From contig JARVGK010000005.1 in NCBI GenBank assembly GCA_029762535.1, forward strand, positions 47,685 through 111,684: a stretch of DNA of 64,000 bases. The letters are read 5' to 3'. This document shows, in pieces, positions 59,569 to 64,000 of this stretch. The notes under the pieces were generated by a model. That model searched no databases and was not told the origin of the DNA. It was given only the letters and a program-made list of their open reading frames with translations. A program made the translations under genes and the position numbers. Origin of the DNA: Thermoplasmatota archaeon (GTDB lineage: Archaea > Thermoplasmatota > Penumbrarchaeia > Penumbrarchaeales > Penumbrarchaeaceae). Position 1 is the stretch's first letter. Every line of letters begins with the position of its first letter.

Positions 59569-61269
59569 ATGTGGATAAGTTTACGTTTATTTCGTGGAGG
59601 CCGCATCATGGATAACGAGGATGTAAGCGATCAGGATAATATAACTCCCGAAGAACTGGATACCAAATGGCATTTCGTACCCCCGGCGGGAGATAGGCCG
59701 ATATACAGCAAATGGAAGTTCATCCTTGGGATATTCCTGGTCTTTCTTGTGGAATTGATCATCTGGGCGGCCTACAGATGGGTTTCGGCTCCGATATATG
59801 GACAATTCGGCTCCTTAACATTTTATCTTGGCCATATCATATTCGCACCACTGATACATCTTACTCCTATCCTCATCTACTGGAAGTTCATAAGAAAGGA
59901 AAGGATGTTGAAAAAGGAGGATTGGGACGGGGAGAAGAACATGAGCATCAACATCGGCCCGTTCAAATTAACAAGAAGGCTTCTTTTCACAGCGGTCCTC
60001 GTAGGATTGTTCGGAGGGATCGTATGGAGGGTCACGGAGATGCTCGTGAGCGATGTCTTCACCGTGATGTTCGGCGGAGCTCAAGCTGGACAGATAAACC
60101 TCTTTAACGTCTACGGAACAAATCAGTTCGGTATATTCATTCTCATGACCTTCGTCATGTTCTTCATAGTCGGTCCGGTAGAGGAGTTTCAGTTCAGATC
60201 ATTCGTTCACGATCAGAGTGCGAGGGTCCTTCCGATGTGGCAGGCCTTGATATTCTCTTCTGTACTATTCGGACTATCGCATGTCCCTATAGCTATTTTC
60301 ATTTACAAGCTGCCCTTCATCGATCTTGTCGTTGCCGAGATCAGCTGGATGACCGCTGGAGCGGTATTCGGTGCCCTCTACATGTGGTCAAGGAACATAT
60401 TCGCATGCATTGTGATGCACGGTATCGGCAACTGGCAGCTCTCAACCTTCTGGATACAATCTACCACAAGCGGCACAGGGCTAAATCATACATCTTATCT
60501 CATCGTATCCGTACTCGTATCTATCTTCGCCAATGCGATCCTCATCGGACTTTTCTATCTCGTACACAAGTTCTACTGGGAACCCCACAGGAGAGGACAA
60601 CCCGCTTTCGGTGGTAAGCTCATGAGCCTTCAAAAGGCATTCTTCTCCCACGACGTAGGAGAGAGACAAACGCTTAGCACATCCGGGATCCTCTCTGTGA
60701 TAACAATTCTAACGCTGGTAGTTCTTGCAACGGGAGCGAGCGTTCTGGGAACGGACGATTTCTCCCTGCTTGGGCCCCAATCCGATCGAGATAAGGTTCC
60801 TTTGAACCCATTATTCGATTACACGGCTCGAATGGAGATCATTCCGAAAGTGAACACGGTGAACCTGGGACAGGAAGATCCTGAAAGGATCACAACAAGC
60901 GCTTTTACACTGATATCGTCATTGAACGTCACTTTGAGTTGGGAAGATGAGCCCGATATGGTACGGTTCGGAAGGACATATACGAATCAACCGGATACCT
61001 TCAGGGTGACCATCACCGGGCCGAACGTATCGGTCGAAGAACAGGCCTCCAATCCCATACACGGTGAAGGACTTATAGAGCTCGGAGTCATTATTCCAGT
61101 TGATGAAATACTTGCTCAAAGCAACAATACCGAGTTCGTTGTAACGGTAACCCTGGTAGAATCTGGCATGTATGCTCCGCGGATCGGGATAATCGGTTAT
61201 ACAGATAATGTAAACTCATACGAGATGGAGATAGAGGTCACTTACCTGGAAAAGGAAATCGAGAGTTGA
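59569..61269 (+). CDS. CPBP-family (CAAX protease / Abi) intramembrane metalloprotease with an extra C-terminal extracytoplasmic domain
   Basis: Motifs VEEFQFRSF (EExxxR), FGLSH (FxxxH), MHGIGNW (HxxxN). The C-terminal about 130 aa (LSWEDEPD..NQPDTF..TLVESGMYAPRIG) are paralogous to the protein at 367..1071. Confidence 0.65.
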   Translation: MWISLRLFRGGRIMDNEDVSDQDNITPEELDTKWHFVPPAGDRPIYSKWKFILGIFLVFLVELIIWAAYRWVSAPIYGQFGSLTFYLGHIIFAPLIHLTPILIYWKFIRKERMLKKEDWDGEKNMSINIGPFKLTRRLLFTAVLVGLFGGIVWRVTEMLVSDVFTVMFGGAQAGQINLFNVYGTNQFGIFILMTFVMFFIVGPVEEFQFRSFVHDQSARVLPMWQALIFSSVLFGLSHVPIAIFIYKLPFIDLVVAEISWMTAGAVFGALYMWSRNIFACIVMHGIGNWQLSTFWIQSTTSGTGLNHTSYLIVSVLVSIFANAILIGLFYLVHKFYWEPHRRGQPAFGGKLMSLQKAFFSHDVGERQTLSTSGILSVITILTLVVLATGASVLGTDDFSLLGPQSDRDKVPLNPLFDYTARMEIIPKVNTVNLGQEDPERITTSAFTLISSLNVTLSWEDEPDMVRFGRTYTNQPDTFRVTITGPNVSVEEQASNPIHGEGLIELGVIIPVDEILAQSNNTEFVVTVTLVESGMYAPRIGIIGYTDNVNSYEMEIEVTYLEKEIES

Positions 61270-61311
61270 GATCATTATCCTTGATATCATTAACAAAAAA
61301 CAGGTGATGAT

Positions 61312-63366
61312 TTGCCATCCAAACCATTGCGTAAACACCTACTGCCTTTTGAAGGAGAACTACCGCCGATCCAGAATTTCGAAGAAAGTGGGGACAGGGC
61401 TCCCAAGAGGATATCTGACCTGAGTGCAGATGACATATTCCTCTCCGTCAGAAACGCACTCAGATACATAGAACCCATATTCCATGAGATCATGGTTCCT
61501 GAGTTAATCGAGGAATTGAGAAGTAGGGGCAGGATATATGGATACAGGTTCCGACCTGCAAAGCGGATCATAGCCGGGACATTGGATGATCATCCAGGAA
61601 GGACATTGTCAGGCCGCGCGATCCAGCTGATGATAGATAACAATCTCGATCCGGACGTCGCTTTGTTCCCATATGAGCTCGTAACGTACGGATCAACAGG
61701 TCAGGTCTGTCAGAACTGGATGCAGTATCGCTTGATAATGAGGTATCTGAGCGAAATGAAGGATGATCAGACCCTTGTCGTGATGTCCGGACATCCTCTC
61801 GGTCTTTTTCCTTCAAGACCGGAGGCGCCCAGAGTGATAATGACCAATGGGATCCTCGTTGGAGAATATGATAATCAGTTATCGTTCAACCGCGCTGCCG
61901 CCCTTGGAGTATCGAATTACGGTCAGATGACAGCCGGAGGCTGGATGTATATCGGCCCACAGGGGATCGTTCACGGGACATACATTACCTTACTGAACGC
62001 AGGCAGGAGATACCTTGGATTGCGTAATGAGGAGGACTTGGGAGGAAAGCTGTTCATCACGTCCGGACTTGGAGGGATGTCTGGAGCCCAGGCCAAGGCC
62101 ATAGAGATCGCGGGCGGAATAGGGATCATAGCCGAGGTAAATGACAAGCAGACCTTCAAGAGGCATTCTCAGGGTTGGGTCTCCAGGGTTTCTGAAGATC
62201 TTCATGAGATATTCTCTTGGGTAGATAAGGCCAGAACCACAAAGACGCCTCAATCTATTGCATACAGGGGTAATATAGTAGATCTCTGGCAGTATGTTCT
62301 CGACAACGATATCAAGGTCGATCTTGGGTCCGATCAGACCTCATGCCATGCTGTCTATGATGGAGGCTATACACCCCAAGGCCTCAGTTACGTTGAGGCC
62401 ATGGGAGATCCTGACAATGGGAAAGTGGGGATGATAAACACCGACAATCGCAGGTTCAGGGATATGGTAGATGTCTCTTTAAAAAAGCAATATCATCTAA
62501 TAAAGACCCTGACTGAAAAGGGCATGCATTTCTGGGACTACGGGAATTCCTTCATGAAGTCCGTACTCGACTCCGGAGAGAGCTCCATCGCCTTGAACCC
62601 TTCGAATCCTGCTGCAGGGTTCATATTCCCCTCTTATCTGGAGGATCTCATGGGGCCGATGGTCTTCGATCTGGGTTATGGGCCCTTCAGATGGATATGT
62701 CTATCCGGAAAACAGGAGGATCTCGACAGGACAGACGAAGCGGCCATGAACTGTATAGATCCCCATAGGTCCTCTCAGGACAGGGATAATCACAGATGGA
62801 TCAGAGAGGCCAGAAAGAACGATCTGGTGGTTGGCTCCAAGGCCAGGATACTATACCAGAACGCCGAAGGAAGGGTGAAAATAGCCCTAAAATTCAACGA
62901 TATGGTGAGAAATGGGGAGATAGGACCGGTCATGATCGGAAGGGACCATCACGATCCGGGCGGTACCGACTCACCTTACAGAGAGACGGCCAACATCAAG
63001 GACGGATCCAACATAACCGGAGACATGGCCGTTCACTGCTTCGCGGGTAACGTTGCCCGTGGTATGACAATGGTCGTCATATCAAACGGTGGCGGGGTGG
63101 GTATTGGAAGGGCGTTCAATTCTGGTTACGGCCTCGTGCTGGACGGGTCCGACAGGGTCGATTCCGTCATAAGGTCCGCACTGGAATGGGATGTGATGAT
63201 CGGTGTATCGAGGCGCTCTTGGGCCCGTAATCAAGGGTCCATGGACGTGGTGGAGGCCTGGAACAGATCCAATGAGAATAGGGGACATATTACCCTGCCA
63301 GCATTGACGGATGAGAGGATAGAGAAACTTATATCAGAACTCGTTCAGAACTCTACCTTCTCATAG
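61312..63366 (+). CDS. hutU: urocanate hydratase (urocanase) homologue, longer than canonical (N-terminal extension and internal insertions)
   Basis: Blocks LMIDNNLDPDVA, KDDQTLVVMSGHPLGLF, APRVIMTNGILV, YGQMTAGGWMYIGPQGIVHGTY, ITSGLGGMSGAQ, SDQTSCH match the HutU signature; no hutH/hutI/hutG in the window. Confidence 0.8.
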   Translation: MPSKPLRKHLLPFEGELPPIQNFEESGDRAPKRISDLSADDIFLSVRNALRYIEPIFHEIMVPELIEELRSRGRIYGYRFRPAKRIIAGTLDDHPGRTLSGRAIQLMIDNNLDPDVALFPYELVTYGSTGQVCQNWMQYRLIMRYLSEMKDDQTLVVMSGHPLGLFPSRPEAPRVIMTNGILVGEYDNQLSFNRAAALGVSNYGQMTAGGWMYIGPQGIVHGTYITLLNAGRRYLGLRNEEDLGGKLFITSGLGGMSGAQAKAIEIAGGIGIIAEVNDKQTFKRHSQGWVSRVSEDLHEIFSWVDKARTTKTPQSIAYRGNIVDLWQYVLDNDIKVDLGSDQTSCHAVYDGGYTPQGLSYVEAMGDPDNGKVGMINTDNRRFRDMVDVSLKKQYHLIKTLTEKGMHFWDYGNSFMKSVLDSGESSIALNPSNPAAGFIFPSYLEDLMGPMVFDLGYGPFRWICLSGKQEDLDRTDEAAMNCIDPHRSSQDRDNHRWIREARKNDLVVGSKARILYQNAEGRVKIALKFNDMVRNGEIGPVMIGRDHHDPGGTDSPYRETANIKDGSNITGDMAVHCFAGNVARGMTMVVISNGGGVGIGRAFNSGYGLVLDGSDRVDSVIRSALEWDVMIGVSRRSWARNQGSMDVVEAWNRSNENRGHITLPALTDERIEKLISELVQNSTFS

Positions 63367-64000
63367 ATCATGTCCTCTATTACAGATCCTTTTTTCATGT
63401 CTTTCTCTATGTTCTTGAGCGCAAGTATTCTCTTGAAGGTCGGAGGATGGGTCGAAAGCAATACGCCGAACCGGTCCCATGCCGATGTGTTGGATTCGTC
63501 CGACATAGCGATCTCCAGCTCCTTCTGGTCTATCACTCCGTCTCCATCCAGATCATATTTTTGCTTGTTCCTTGAGATCCTTTCTATCTCTTTATGAGCG
63601 TTCTGAACATTTCCGATATAGAAAGCCCGGGCAGCTTCGCGGCTTTTGATCTCCGGAGGAGCGAGTGATAGGCCGTATGTTATCTTTGAAAGTGCCGAGG
63701 AAAGTGAGTGCGGATCCCCGGTCGCGAAGGCGGAATAAGCATCAGCGTAGAACTCCCTTATACGGGAAAGCCGCTTGACAAGCAGCATGCTCATAAAATA
63801 GATCACTGCGGAGATCAATCCTATAAGGAGCATAGCCAATATGACCTGGCCAGCGCCCTTACCTCTCCCCACCCTCATGAAACGCATGTACAGAAGCATC
63901 CTCATTCCCATATATGCTATGGCTGGTACGGCCGAAAGTATGGTCATGTACATAGCATCCCTGTGCTTTATATGTCCTATCTCGTGAGCAAGAACACCTC
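63345..64000 (-). CDS. htpX: HtpX-like M48 zinc metalloprotease (partial; N-terminus beyond the window end) containing an EF-hand-like Ca-binding loop
   Basis: HEIGH (from VLAHEIGHIKHRDAM at the window edge), downstream REFYADAYSA region, TM helices. Insert YDLDGDGVIDQKELE fits the EF-hand loop consensus DxDxDGxIxxxE. Confidence 0.7.
   Translation of the reverse strand, partial: GVLAHEIGHIKHRDAMYMTILSAVPAIAYMGMRMLLYMRFMRVGRGKGAGQVILAMLLIGLISAVIYFMSMLLVKRLSRIREFYADAYSAFATGDPHSLSSALSKITYGLSLAPPEIKSREAARAFYIGNVQNAHKEIERISRNKQKYDLDGDGVIDQKELEIAMSDESNTSAWDRFGVLLSTHPPTFKRILALKNIEKDMKKGSVIEDMIYEKVEF

Overview
This is a gene-dense chromosomal segment of about 43-46% GC, and the gene content marks it as archaeal. 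I did not compute codon usage, and all coordinates I derived myself (tRNAs, repeats, the sub-60-aa gene) may be off by 1-3 nt from hand counting. Archaeal markers: Orc1/Cdc6, GatD/GatE, RNA polymerase subunit L, ribosomal S8e, SRP19, Sec61-beta, and the HMG-CoA synthase/thiolase/DUF35 mevalonate-entry trio. The Ile/Met/Asp-rich proteins and this gene set suggest a Thermoplasmatota-like euryarchaeon, but that is inference only. Most of the window is housekeeping and central metabolism: FeoB with a FeoC-like partner, acyl-CoA ligase, Acs, PPDK, CitF-like and HutU homologues, cysteine desulfurase, Cmk, KsgA, Trm5, TruD, MiaA-like, AlaX and a MacB/FtsX-type ABC exporter.

The things worth attention:
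- **Two small mobile insertions next to tRNA genes.** At tRNA-Cys there is a cassette of serine recombinase, AbrB-like protein and a 755-aa membrane protein, bounded by very AT-rich DNA. About 1.2 kb from tRNA-Ala there is an IS481-like rve element with perfect 10-bp terminal inverted repeats and a 15-bp target duplication that mimics the tRNA-Ala 3' end. Further tRNA-Ala 3'-end fragments and a 109-nt tRNA-like pseudo-structure lie nearby.
- **A candidate replication origin.** The AT-rich tract next to orc1/cdc6 carries ORB-like motifs.
- **A concentration of membrane proteases.** There are five in the window: two S2P, one PrsW, one CPBP and one HtpX. They sit together with membrane proteins that carry cytoplasmic multi-zinc-ribbon tails, which are possible substrates for regulated intramembrane proteolysis.
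- **An uncharacterised shared domain.** The extracytoplasmic C-terminal domain of the CPBP protease is also found in a separate single-pass membrane protein at the start of the window.
- **An unusual ATPase-like protein.** A 690-aa protein fuses a ~440-aa coiled coil to a KaiC/RecA-like domain whose Walker-A lysine is replaced (GRRT).
- **A giant surface protein.** A 1,445-aa FG-GAP (integrin-like) / PA14 protein sits in an apparent three-gene surface operon.
- **A missed gene.** Sec61-beta (58 aa) falls below the 60-aa ORF cutoff and is absent from the ORF track.

No CRISPR array, rRNA gene or obvious prophage structural genes were seen.
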